Assembly: GCF_018977255.1 (NCBI RefSeq)
Contig: NW_024704765.1
Span: forward strand, 5,766,001 to 5,830,000
Source of the DNA: Callorhinchus milii
Taxonomy: Eukaryota
Reading direction: 5' to 3'
DNA: 64,000 bases
Positions 37,291-48,949 of the stretch are shown here, in pieces. Position 1 is the first letter of the stretch. Every line of letters starts with the position of its first letter. The position numbers were made by a program, and so were the translations under genes. Under the pieces are notes generated by a model. It saw only the letters and a list, made by a program, of their open reading frames with translations. It did no database searches and had not been told where the DNA came from.

Positions 37291-40200
37291 AAATGTAGCA
37301 AATGAAAAGCTCATTTTTGAAGTGCTCCGACCAAGGCTCTTTGTAAATGGATGCATATCAGGTTAACCTTCCCATGCCTTGGTTTGAATTCACACTCGGG
37401 GGAGCTAACGTACTGTTTTTCTGAATGGATTCCTTAATCCCCGTTTAGAAGACGCAGCGAACGTCTGGGAATGGACCCGATCAGAGTGGACTTCTGTGTC
37501 TTGTACAGTCTAGTTTCCATTGGGAGTCCTGAAATTTCCCCGATTAAGCAATCCTGATAAGAAACATTGCACGTTTGACCCCCATTATGGTTTATGAAAC
37601 TTTATGGTCCAGGTATATTTTATATTTGAGTGATTTTCCTCCTTCCTAAACAAACCATGTCTGTCGTGCTACTCGTATCATCCTCTTTCCTAATCCTATT
37701 AAGATTCAAGAAATAGCAATGAAGTTGAATCCTATGCAAATCTTTCATCCACAAAACTTGATCATTCAGATCTGCCTCCAGTTTACCCTCCTGCCAATAC
37801 CCAACTTATGAGTACCTGACCTGTGTTATACTCTTACTGTAACAGTTGTGCAGTAGCTATTTGACTGTGGTATGGCCTGATTTACAAGACTGTTTTTGAA
37901 CTTATATGTAGTCTTTCCTATTTGCATGCCTATCTCCTGCCCTGATGTTTTGGAGCAACTCCTATTTCACTACAGAAGTTAAAACTGTGTGTGTGTAAGG
38001 GGTGAGGGGAGAGCTATCTGAATTTTGAGACACCCAATGCTGTTGCAAGCATCCAAAGTCTTCAGGCCTGCTGACTTTAGGACTGCAGTCACTCATTGTA
38101 AATGTGGGGGGAAATGTGTATGTACAAAAAATTAGAAGCGCAAAACAGCAGGGAGCAGGGAAATGATACACAACCATTTAACTAAGTTTCATCTCTGTTT
38201 GATGGTGCATTCCCATCGATTTTTTTTTAACAAAATGTTCTTTTCAATGCAAAATTGCCTATTTGTGTTCAGCTACTGACCGAGATTTAAAGAGTGTCGT
38301 TAATCTGTTTAGGTCTCATGATGATTGCATTCATGGGTGTCTTACTGTTAGTGACTGGAACTTGGTGTCATTTCCCGAGGGCTTGTTTCACCTTTTCATG
38401 TGACACAGTATAGAGACGTTTTTACTATTAACAGTGTTAAAGGAAAATAACATTTTATTGGAAAATCTATGTCAATAATATATTTTTGTGCAGTGTTGGT
38501 CCATGGCTAGAATGTTTGCCACCCAGAATAAGTGTTACTTGTGCAAAAGGTGCTTGTTTGAGAGGCATTTGAGGTAAACACCCTTGGGTGCCTCTATACA
38601 GAGTCATGGAATGTGTCACTGCTCCCCATCCTTCAAATGTTGTTCGTTTTCCTCTCACAAGGCCCAAGTGGCAGAGCTAATTGGGTGCTGGACTTTGAAC
38701 AAAGAACAATACCTGTTTGAATCACTACTCTTGTTTCAGATGCAATTCATTTTCTGCAGGTGTGAGGTTTAGAAAGGCAAATGGTGGAAATTCTTGCAGT
38801 CCTGCCAGGCTAGGCAGGTAGGATAGCCACACAATCAAGTCATCATGTGTTATCCACACAAGATCTCCTGCCAACATAGACATCAAGCTTACTGTGTTAA
38901 CTTTGGGAGAAGAGAGAGACAAACAGACAATCGAGGGCCTAACATTGCACCTCGGTATAATTAGGTCGGGACTGAATTTCTGCACCAATCTTTCTGGATC
39001 TCTCTGCTATTCGTCACACAATGCTCCTGATTAGTTTGAATCGTTTCTAATAGCTTTTTTCATTCATAAATGATTCAGTTGGTTTGCAGTGATCTAGTTC
39101 TGGGTATCCAGAATTTGCCATTAGTTGTTTATTGCTGGTAATGATACAAGGAATGCTGCAGATAACACCCCCGCCCCCCCCCCCCCCCACACACACACAC
39201 ACACATTAGGGAGTAAACGCCATATGCTTAAACTTCTACTAAATGTTTTCTTCCGCAACAATTTTGATTTTGAAACGTAACTTTTTTTTTCCCCCTGTGT
39301 TCCTCCCCCTTCTACTGACGGTTAATTCATTCCCTGACATCCTGCAACCAGGAGGGGCTGAGTTCCTCTGTGCAGCCGTTGACAATGCTGGCCCACATTG
39401 GCAGGCAAATCATCCACTAAACAAGAGACACGTCTGAAGATTGCTCTCAGAACTCGCAACCTTTTGCTTTGGGAGTTGAGCATTCATCCAGGCGTGTGTG
39501 GGGAAACCGTGTTCCAAACCGACAAACAAAGAAACGGCGAGTGAATTCTGACTCGAGTGAGGTTTAATCTATTACAATAAGGTTTAAAATGGACAAAAAA
39601 AGACACATTTTTCAGTAGAAGATATAATACGTTTTAAAAGGGCAAATCCTGACCCAACACTCAACGTTTTCGGATTGAGTAGAATTTTCTAACAACTTGG
39701 CTCTGTGTTGAAATTACCGTTGTGAGGAAAGACGAGTGATTTAAATGTATTTTGGTGAACTGTGCTTAGACCTAACTTTCTCTCCCCTCAGAACAACTTC
39801 TGTTTATATCAGAAGCTTTCATCTCCAATGCAGTGGTCCGTCTATAGTGGGATCTGCACGTTGTGCCCCACACAGACGCACTGGTAGCTTATGGGCAGAG
39901 CAGGTGTGTTTGCCTGCATCCATGATTTGAGTGTAATGCAAGTATTTTGTAAAACTGTTTGAAGTGACCTTTAATTAAAAGATATTACTTAAAAGAATGG
40001 GATCGTTTTGTGACGTGACTGTGGAAACACCCGTGCTTATCTTGGACCGAGGAGGGCAACTTGCTGCGGGGAACTCTGCGGGGAAATCTGTTGCCACGCT
40101 CGCCCACAAAACTCTCGCTGGCCGCACTGCACCGAGTGAAAGGCGCTCTATGAATGAAACCTTGTTGTTGTTACACGGCGTATCCTGCAAAGCGCTTTTA

Positions 40201-40386
40201 GATGTCTTGCCAACGTGAAAGGCACCGCACTAAGCGCGAGGACGACCGTTGTTCACAGAATTGGTGACAAATAATCCTCGCGTGTGATAAAGCGCCTCGT
40301 CACGTCGTCAAAGGGCAGCTCAAAAGTGTTTCAAAGGATACACTGCCCTTTAGAAAATCAACAGCGAAATACTCGCAGATGCTGGA

Positions 40387-40702
40387 AATAATAATCCTTG
40401 CATTTGATATAGCGCTTTTCACGTCGGGAGGACGTCCCAAAGCGCTTCACAGAACACACTGTAAAGTGAATTGACTGTATATTTGTGGGCAAACGCGGCA
40501 GCCAATTGCGCACAGCAATGTCCCACAAACAGTTGTGGATTGAAAATGACCAATTTATTATTGTTTTGGGTTTTGAAGGGATTATTATTGGGCTCTGTGT
40601 GGAGTAAGGAAACTTGCCCGAGGTTTCGCCCTCTGCCTGGAACTGAACCCAGGTCTGTCACTTGCAAAGTGAGTGCTCTAACCACTGAGCCACAGGACTC
40701 CA
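40387..40702 (-). mobile_element. Full-length tRNA-derived SINE (Deu-domain-like core, L2-type tail)
   Basis: Reverse complement of the 43105-43429 copy: tRNA-like head GGAGTCCTGTGGCTCAGTGGTTAGAGCA, core TGTGGGACATTGCTGTGCGCAATTGGCTGCC, tail ending in (ATT)n. Confidence 0.9.
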
Positions 40703-40844
40703 ATCTGGAGCAAAAGCAGAAGCGGCCGGGAACCCTCGGCAGGTCAGGCAGCGGCTGTGGAGAGAGGAAAGTGAGTCAACGTTTCGGGTCCAGGAGCTTT
40801 ACGTCAGAACGAACTGGGGCGGGCGGTGGGTGTGGGGGATGTTG

Positions 40845-41600
40845 GGAAGGGAAGGCGGGCAGGAGGAGGGAGGGAAGGCGGGCAGGAGGGAGGGTGGAGG
40901 GAGGGGGAGGGAGGGAGGGGGAGGGAGGGAAGGCGGGCAGGAGGGAGGGAGGGAAGGCGGGCAGAGGAGGAGGGAGGCGGGCAGGAGGGAGGAGGGAAGG
41001 CGGGCAGGAGGGAGGGAGGGAAGGCGGGGAGGGGGGAGGGAAGGCGGGCAGGGGAGGGAGGGAAGGGAGGGAAGGCGGGCAGGAGGGAGGGAGGGAAGGC
41101 GGGCAGGAGGGAGGGGGGGGGGGGGGAGGGAGGGAAGGCGGGCAGGAGGGAGGGGGAGGGGAGGAGGGAAGGCGGGCAGGAGGGAGGGAGGGAAGGCGGG
41201 CAGGAGGGAGGGAGGGGGGGGGGGGGGGAAGGCGGGCAGGAGGGAAGGCGGGAGGAGGGAGGAGGGAGGGAGGGAGGGAGGGAGGCGGGCAGGAGGGAGG
41301 GAGGGAAGGCGGGCAGGAGGGAAGGCGGGCAGGAGGGAGGGAGGGAAGGCGGGCGGAGGGGAGGGAGGGAAGGCGGGCAGGAGGGAGGGAGGGAAGGCGG
41401 GCAGGAGGGAAGGCGGGCAGGAGGGAGGGAGGGAAGGAGGGAGGGAGGGAAGGCACGAGGGCAGTTGGGAGGGAAGGCGGGAGGAGGGAGGGAGGGGAGG
41501 GAGGGTGGAGGGATGGTGGGCAGGAGGGAGGGAAGGTGGAGGGAGGGATGGCGGGCAGGAGGGAGGGAGGGTGGAGGGAAGGCGGGAGGGAGGGAGAGGG
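40845..41600. repeat. Purine-rich minisatellite (GGGAAGGCGGGCAGGAGGGA-type) upstream of CPLANE2
   Basis: About 750 bp of near-pure G/A with recurring gaaggcgggcaggagg. Confidence 0.95.
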
Positions 41601-41679
41601 GCGATGGAGCACTTGGCGCGGGAGTGAGTGAACATCCATTGGGGCGGAATGTCCCCCAAAGCCCAGAGGCAGCACCGCT

Positions 41680-41831
41680 GGAGCAGCGCCACGTGGGGGA
41701 AGGGGCGTGGCGAGCGGCTGCGCGTGACGTCGACGGGCGGCGCGGCGACGACAGCGGCGGCGTGACGCTGACGTCAGATCCGACGCAGGACGCAGCGGCG
41801 GCCGGGAAGCGTTGGCTGCCATGGCAACCGG
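41680..41831 (+). promoter_or_regulatory. CPLANE2 promoter / non-coding exon 1 with CRE and RFX X-box
   Basis: TGACGTCA at 41769-41776 plus CRE half-sites; GCTGCCATGGCAAC at 41815-41828 (1 mismatch to the X-box GTTGCCATGGCAAC); donor CGG|gtagg at 41831/41832; acceptor ttccaag at 42570. Confidence 0.65.
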
Positions 41832-42578
41832 GTAGGCCTCGAGCCTCGGGCCTGGCGCGGCGGTGGTGTTTGCGGGCTTGTCCCGGGCTGCGGGGAGGAG
41901 AGGGAGGGAGTGAAGGGGAGGGAGTGAGGAGGGGGGGGGGAGCGGTGGCTGCTGTGAGAATAGGCTTTGGAGTGAAGGCTGTTGGCGGCCATTGCTGGGG
42001 GTGGAGGTGAGGGGTGGGGTGGGTGTGGGGTGGGGGGGGTTCAGGCCTCTCTCTCTCTCTCTCTCCCACCACCGCTCCCCTGAATAATTCCTTCCAAAAA
42101 AATAATACCACTACAAATTGGCCGCTTTCAAACCCACGGCTGTTCGTGTGGAGGCGCCCCCCCCCCAAAAAAAAAACACACAGTCACTACACTTGACGTG
42201 TGTGTGTGTGTGTGTGTCCCGTGAAGCGCTTTGAGACGTCTCGACGAGGGGATGAGGGGCTGCATCGAATGCCAGGATTATTATTGTTGTCATCATTATT
42301 ATTGTTGACCATTGTTATTCATTATTATTGTTAATCATTATTATTATTCATTATTATTGTTAATCATTATTATTATTATTATTATGTAGGGTGACTCGTG
42401 GAGAAAAACAAATGGTCCCGTTTTCTGTACAACAACAGTCCGATCGTATTGGAATCGTATATATTGTGAAGAGCTCGTAACCCTTCCCCAGGAAACTCAT
42501 TGCCGAGACGTGACGCCGGGTTTCGTCTTCTCCCCCCACACACCCCCACACCCCCCACTCCGCTTCCAAGCAATCGCA

Positions 42579-45500
42579 ATGCTGCTGAAACCGGGATCTC
42601 TCATCGCTGCGGACTGGCACCTGTCTGCCGACAGCCGGGAACACCTGACTAGCATCCTGCGCAGAAACAAGAGGAAGATGTTCGGTAAAGAGACGCCGTC
42701 CGGCGGCCGACGTGGAGGGCGCTGTGTAAATCCAAGTTATTGTTGTTGTTAAAGCGGGCGCCGTGAACCTAAGGAAGCGGTGTGGTCGCGGGGTGAGTGG
42801 GGGGGGGAGGGGGTTCTGATCCGGTTCAAACAGCGCGGTGGTGTTCATCTTCAGAGATTCAGACATCTTGCCGCTGGGTGGTGGGTTGCTGCGGGGATCG
42901 GGCACCTGGCTGGAGGAAGGAGCATTTAATTGCAATGTGTGCGTTTTTTTTTGCCGGATACGTTACCCTTTAGGACCATTTAAGTTTAACCCTATAGCAG
43001 AGTCGCTGCCCTTGATTGTCCCCGTGCCGTGTAGGAGCAGGCAAGAACACGTTGCTAAATTGTGCAACCCTCGTTCTTTCTTTTAAATTTCATTCAATTT
43101 AAAGTGGAGTCCTGTAGCTCAGTGGTTAGAGCACTCGCTTTGCAAGCGAGAGACCTGAGTTCAATTTCAGGCAGAGGGCGAAACCTTGGGCAAGTTTCCT
43201 TACTCCACACAGAGCCTAATAATAATCCCTCCAAAACCAAAACAATAATAAATTGGTCATTTTCAATCTACGACTGTCTGTGGGACATTGCTGTGCGCAA
43301 TTGGCTGCCACGTTCGCCCACAAATATACAGTTAATTCACTTTACAGTGTGTTTCTGTGAAGCGCTTTGGGACGTCCTCCAGACGTGAAAAGTGCTATAT
43401 CAAATGCAAGGATTATTATTATTATTATTTAAAGCCGCCTTTATTTCCTTAATTAAACGACATTTCCATTCCAGGCGTTCTTTAATGCTTTTGTTTTTGG
43501 CCAGGGTTGCTCGAGAGGCCTGTGCTCCCCCCGAAGGCTCTGACTGACACCGCGTGCTACAAGATCTTCCTGTCCGGGAAGAGCGGAGTAGGGAAAACTG
43601 CCACGGTTGCCAAGCTTGCAGGTTCGGAAATCTCCAGCACCCATTACGAGACCCCAGGTAAAGTCAAAGCCTCCGCATGTGTGCATTATCCCATCCTCAC
43701 CAGGCTCCACTGGCTCCCTGTGGATCAACTTCAAGATCCTTGTCCAGACGTTCAGTTCTTTCACAGTTTTGCCTCTGCTCTTTACACTCTCCTCATCCCT
43801 TTTCTTGTGCCCTTACCATCTGCTTTCTCAGTTCTGGTCTATTACTTCCTCCAACCCATCGTAAGCCTTCACCAACCCATCGTAAGCCTTCAGTTACTCA
43901 AGCCATTATTATTATTATTGTTATTATTTCTATTAAGATTTTTCATTGAGTTAGAATGTAATACAATTAAACATTAATTATGAAACTCTTATTAGCTGTT
44001 ATAATCTTACCCCTCCCAGAAGGGTTTAGGCTGATTGAGCCTGCTCCTTGTGGGTGTTTAACAACATTGTATTCCTGTGTCAATTTCCCTTCTGAATTTG
44101 GCCATAGTCTGATTGAGACTTGCCTCTTTTAGAAGACGGAATCTCCTTTTTAGCAATATAGAAGTTTGAAGACAAATGGTGGTTTAAAACCAATCTTTTA
44201 TTTGCAGCCAAACCTGTAGGTATAACAAACAAAACATAACACAAAAACAATAGAGTACTTACTAACCACTACCAGGTCTGACTGTTCTTGTTCCCTTGTG
44301 CAAATTTAAACGACTCTTTCGTTCCTGAGCTGGAGTTTCAGCCTCCCTCTTTCTCTGTATTGATGGGATGTAAAATATCCAGACTTTCCTCACACTCCGT
44401 TAACTCCAAAACTCTTAGCCTTTGATGTTCGGCTGACACAATTCTGAATTCCTTTGATGGACTGCCTTGACACCTGTGCCATCATCACATCCTCCCAACT
44501 ACAAAGTCTTGTTTTACGTGTTTAAATATCTGAATAGCCTTTTCAAGGCAGAGCAATTTCACACAGGAGACAAACAAAACAGACCAGAGCCGAACAAGCA
44601 ACAGAATTCACACTTGCTGCATCAAAGGGGCAATAGAGAGAATAGAACTCAGGGAGATGGGCAGGTTCACAGGCAGTCTCTTCTCACACTAGCCTCACAC
44701 AAGCTGGCTTGGTAAAGTAGTAAAAAGGCTGGAATTTCAGTCAAAGTTTAAGTCCATATTTCAATTGTTGTCTTAACTGCAGGAATTCAAACAAGGATCG
44801 TGTACTGGCCAGGAAAGCTGAAGGAGACTGGCCGAGTGATTATGTTTAGCTTTCAGTTCTGGGACTGTGGGGAGGCAGCACTGAAGAAGTTTGACCATAT
44901 ACTTCCTGTAAGCAAACCATCTCCATCCTCCATTTCAAAGAAATTCTGAACCTTTTTGATGATTAGACGCTTCCAATGAATGTTCAGTAATGACCAATCC
45001 CTGCTGACCTTTTGCTAGTTGATACTTTATTGATTACCTATTAGTTATACATGTTTTCTGTTTCAGTGCTATCCCTTCTCGATTATATTTGCAAGCCATA
45101 AGACGTGATGACTGTTTCAATGTCTTTCTTTATCTCCCTCAGGCCTGCAAGGACAAGGTTGATGCCATCTTGTTCCTTTTCTCCTTCACCGATCGGTCAT
45201 CATTCGATGATTTGCCCAACCAAATGTCAAGGATAGTAGACAATTCTGATAAAATTACTAAAATTATTATCGGCACAAAGTATCCTTTGATAACAACAAC
45301 AAACAACAAATTACACTTGAATAGCGCCCTTCATGTCGGAAAGATAACCAAATCATGTTTGGGTTCTGACCGCTTTGCCTAACCGCTGGTTTTATTTTTC
45401 CCAATTTCCACCCGTCGTCTCATTCTCATGTACGTTCAGCAGGTGCCAGGACCTCTCTGGTACCTTAGTCCAGAGTTTGTATACTCTTATGCAAGATGAT

Positions 45501-46036
45501 GGGTATCGACACCCGGCTGACCAAAAAAACAAAAAAAAATGCTTTACAAAATATAATCGATTAAAAATTAAGTGATTGATACACAGGCAAACCCAGCAAT
45601 TCATCTCCACTACCAATGAGATGAGCAGCCAATTAACCTGAAATTTTGGGGGTGTATGTGCATTAAGAGGGCAATATAAACCAGGTTGACTGGGGGAAAG
45701 ACTGCGTAAACAGTGTGTTATAGCAATAGCAGAACAGTCCCTGTTTAACTTCTTTGACTAAATGCTAACAGATTTGATCAGTACATGCACACTGACGTCA
45801 CTGAGAGGGACCTGAGGGAGTTCCAGCAGACCTGGCATCTCCCCATCTTCAGGATGAAGAACGTTAACGGACCCTGGTTGTCAGATGGAAAGACCGTGGA
45901 TGGCAAGGCAGGGCTGCTGGAGGTAGCTCACATTTTGAATGGACTTGCGGAGCACCTCTGGTACCAGGACCAGGTGACAGCTGGACTTGTCCCTCCTCCC
46001 CACCACAGTCACGAGCAAAGAGTTTCCCCCTGCTGA
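42579..46036 (+). CDS. CPLANE2: Ciliogenesis and planar polarity effector 2 (RSG1 small GTPase), 5 coding exons, 261 aa
   Basis: Exons 42579-42684, 43505-43657, 44783-44907, 45143-45279, 45772-46036. Motifs FGLLERPVLPP, P-loop GKSGVGKT, G3 WDCGE, FLFSFTDRSSF and G4 TKFD (split by a U12-type intron), ILNGLAEHLWYQD. Lies downstream of FBXO42 as in human. Confidence 0.93.
43105..43429 (+). mobile_element. Full-length tRNA-derived SINE with 8-bp target-site duplication
   Basis: A/B-box tRNA-like head (TAGCTCAGTGG...GAGTTCAATT), Deu-like core, L2-like tail and (ATT)n; ATTTAAAG at 43097-43104 and 43427-43434. Confidence 0.9.
45280..45771 (+). other. CPLANE2: U12-type (minor spliceosome) GT-AG intron in CPLANE2
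   Basis: 5' site GTATCCTTT; branch-like TTCTTTGAC at 45750-45758 with the A 14 nt from the AG; no polypyrimidine tract. Splicing restores G-T-K-F-D-Q. Confidence 0.85.
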
Positions 46037-47989
46037 AATCCTTCACAGACCAACACAGTCTCTTCCCCGGAGCACACTATCTCTCTCGCTGTGTGTCATT
46101 CCATGTTGCTGTAAATGTCAGGCTGAATGGTAGCTAGGCGGTGCAAGTCACCGTGTTCCCTTTCACTGTGTTTGTGCTGTGTTCGGTGTCGCCTGAATTT
46201 AAACGTGTGCGAGTTTCTGCTGCTTTCTCAGCCAGCAACATGCCACGGGAAATCTAGCAAAGAAAAATGTTTGTCTCAGGTCAAAATATGACTTTAAAAA
46301 TGTGCATTTGCTCAACGTCAGTTGACAACAACAATTTGAACAATGATCCAGCATTTCAGCCATTTCCTAACCAGAGGCAGGTGGGACAGGGAGTTGCCAT
46401 TATTGGGGAGGGTCCGTGGGGTGGGGGTTCTAATTCTATTGGATTTCCAGCATATCCCACCTGGTTACAGGTTACACTGGTTGCTTTCACACGTGGTTTG
46501 GTATAGGTATTGATTCACGGCCAGAGGCGTAAACCTAATGCAATGTTAATGTGTATGGAAAGGAATCCAGAACCAGGCACTGGGAGAGATCATCTCTCAG
46601 GCCGTTCACATGGAAGTCGATGCCTTGAAGTAAAACATGTAATCTGTGGTCTGTGCACTCACTCCGCACTGTGTTTTGGACCTGATTCCCGGCTCTGCGA
46701 GTGGCCTGGGACTGTACACAGAACTTGTGATCGATCTGCAAATTCCCATAAAACATTTAAGGGCAATTTTAAATTTAAAACCAAGCAAACAGGGTCACCG
46801 TTTTTCCCTGGCAGGGATCTTTACATTGTGACCTGAAGACTTGTGGCTATGTTTAAACGTTACTAATTACCAAAAAAGATTGGGCACTAAATACCAGTGA
46901 GAGTGGACATTGGGACTGTCGCACAGTTGTATAATGGAGCCTGGCAATCTTCGTTAGGATTATGCTGGAGGAACCTTTTCGTGGCGAGACTTGTTGCCTT
47001 CAGAAGAGGATGGGTAAGCAGGTTTCTCAGTGAAGGAATCTATTTGAAATCTGAACCAACGTAACATGTGCAGACAGAGCAATAGAGACTGACTCGCTGC
47101 AGTGCAGGAGTCGCTTTTCTTCATCCGAATAGATGTTCACCTTTATTTTACAATTCCCAACCCGAGCCTATACCAGCGGCTGCAGGATTAAAGGGCAATC
47201 TCACACCAACAAGGTAATGACTGAATCACAACAGAACTCTCGCGTTATCTTGTTTGACAGTTATTGCGTGTTCATCAATGTTAGTTGTCACACCATGTTG
47301 TCACACCAACCATAACTACGGCCAAAAGCATTGATCTCGGATGCGAAATCTTTTCCTCATTGTCTTCCCACCAATTCTCATTGATCTCCATTTTTGGTCA
47401 ATGTGATTATTATCACCTGTAGTAATAATAAATAATGTGATAATATTACATGCTAATATATCCTCCCCCATATACTGAATTATCTATTATACTTCCCCTT
47501 TCTATTTTATTATTATTTAAGGACACTGCCCCACATGGAAGCCGCTATATAAAGTTTTATAGGTGACTCAGAGATCGCAAGCTTTGTGAACAAGTTTTTG
47601 TCTCTTTCTGTTTTGATCCTGATCTGGTGCAGGTCACGGGCAGCCGAGAATCTCAGAACCTGCCTAAATTGTCAGCTGAACCGCCTTGTTACTGAATCCT
47701 GTAGCATTAAACATTCCTGACTTGTCCATACAGCCTCCATAACATGCCTCAGTATGTAGTTCTCAGTGCAACCACAGAGCAGTGCTGTAATCTGGCCAAG
47801 TAACCAAACGTGATCAGTTGTCTTGATTTCTGGGAATGTTGATGTTGTCGAGTGTGATAGCTGGAGATTTCAAGACTTAGAGGTTAGAATGAAGAAGGGT
47901 TAGGGTGACCTCTCATCGTTTCATAATACTAACCCTAGTATCTTCCCATTATATCAAGCCCTTTCTTAAACGAGCCAGTGTTCCTTGCC

Positions 47990-48480
47990 CCCCCCCCCCC
48001 CCCGAAAAACACCCAAAGACACTGTTCTCAGCCATCCATCACCTCTTCCCCACCCCCCCAAGCTGCCAAAACTCTACCCCCATCACACCAGTCCTTACCA
48101 AGCTCCACTGGCTCCCAATTACTGAACGGATCGATTTCAAGATCTTCTCACTCATTTTCAAATCCTTTCATGCTCTCGCCCCTTCCTACCTATCCAATTT
48201 GCTTACCCCCCAATCCACCTCCCGCTTGTCCCTCGTCTCCTCCGTTCCACTATCAGTGGCCGTGTCTTCAGTCACTACTCCCCAAAACTGGAACACTCTC
48301 CCTCAATCCCTCCGCCTTGCCCCCTCCTTCCGCACTTTCAAATCCTGCTGAAAGACCATTCTTTTTGATGGTGCTTACAGTCACCTCACCCCTCCCTCTC
48401 CTGCTGGCTCGGAGTCAGACTTCGCCACTGTCAAGGGGACACTACCCCACCTGAAGGGAGCTATATAAATGCAAGGCTGG
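47990..48480 (+). mobile_element. L2-like LINE 3' remnant
   Basis: ITPVLTKLHWLPITERIDFKIFSLIFKSFHALAPSYLSNLL...APSFRTFKS is the conserved L2 ORF2 C-terminus; tail gctatataaatgcaag. Confidence 0.85.
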
Positions 48481-48949
48481 TGCTTCATTTTTGCAGGATT
48501 TTGATCTCCATTATATCTCCTTCACTCTGTGTGTTGCGTATTTCTGTTATCAATATTTAACGACTGGCCAGGAAACCACTGTCCTGGGATTGTTTCCTGC
48601 TCTCTGTGTAGTCTGTGAGAGAGGAGAGAGAGCAAGCCGGTTTGCAAGGATTACATCATTTAGTCAGTGGCTGCTGTGGACCCTGGAGACATTCTCATTG
48701 GCGAGATATAAAAATGGGGAAGCTGGAGGTGTGATGCAGTGCTCTGCGACTTAGCTCAGAAAGAGCTGCACATCATTTGTTCCCAGACGCTGGGGCTTGT
48801 CTTGAGGGAGAGAGGCTGAGCTGTGATTTCCATCCCCAGCAAGCTGGCTTCTTGCCCTGAGCCGGGTGGATGCACTGGGTGCATTGGCAAGCGACTGGGT
48901 TCACACTCTGTGTAATGTGCTAAGTCCTGGCTGGAAGGTGGGTGAGAAG

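Noticed and set aside
40471-42168. Several 265-454-aa Gly/Arg- or Pro-rich ORFs on both strands
   Set aside because: They are translations of a purine minisatellite, a SINE and a CpG island; open in nearly all frames with no domain.
43105-43180. tRNA-Ala-like sequence (also at 40630-40702, 59860 and 61251)
   Set aside because: It continues directly into a SINE core and LINE-type tail with a TSD, and the acceptor stem is not intact, so it is a SINE head rather than a tRNA gene.
43850-43892. 21-bp tandem duplication ccaacccatcgtaagccttca
   Set aside because: A simple intronic slippage duplication within a degraded L2 remnant; no sign of function.
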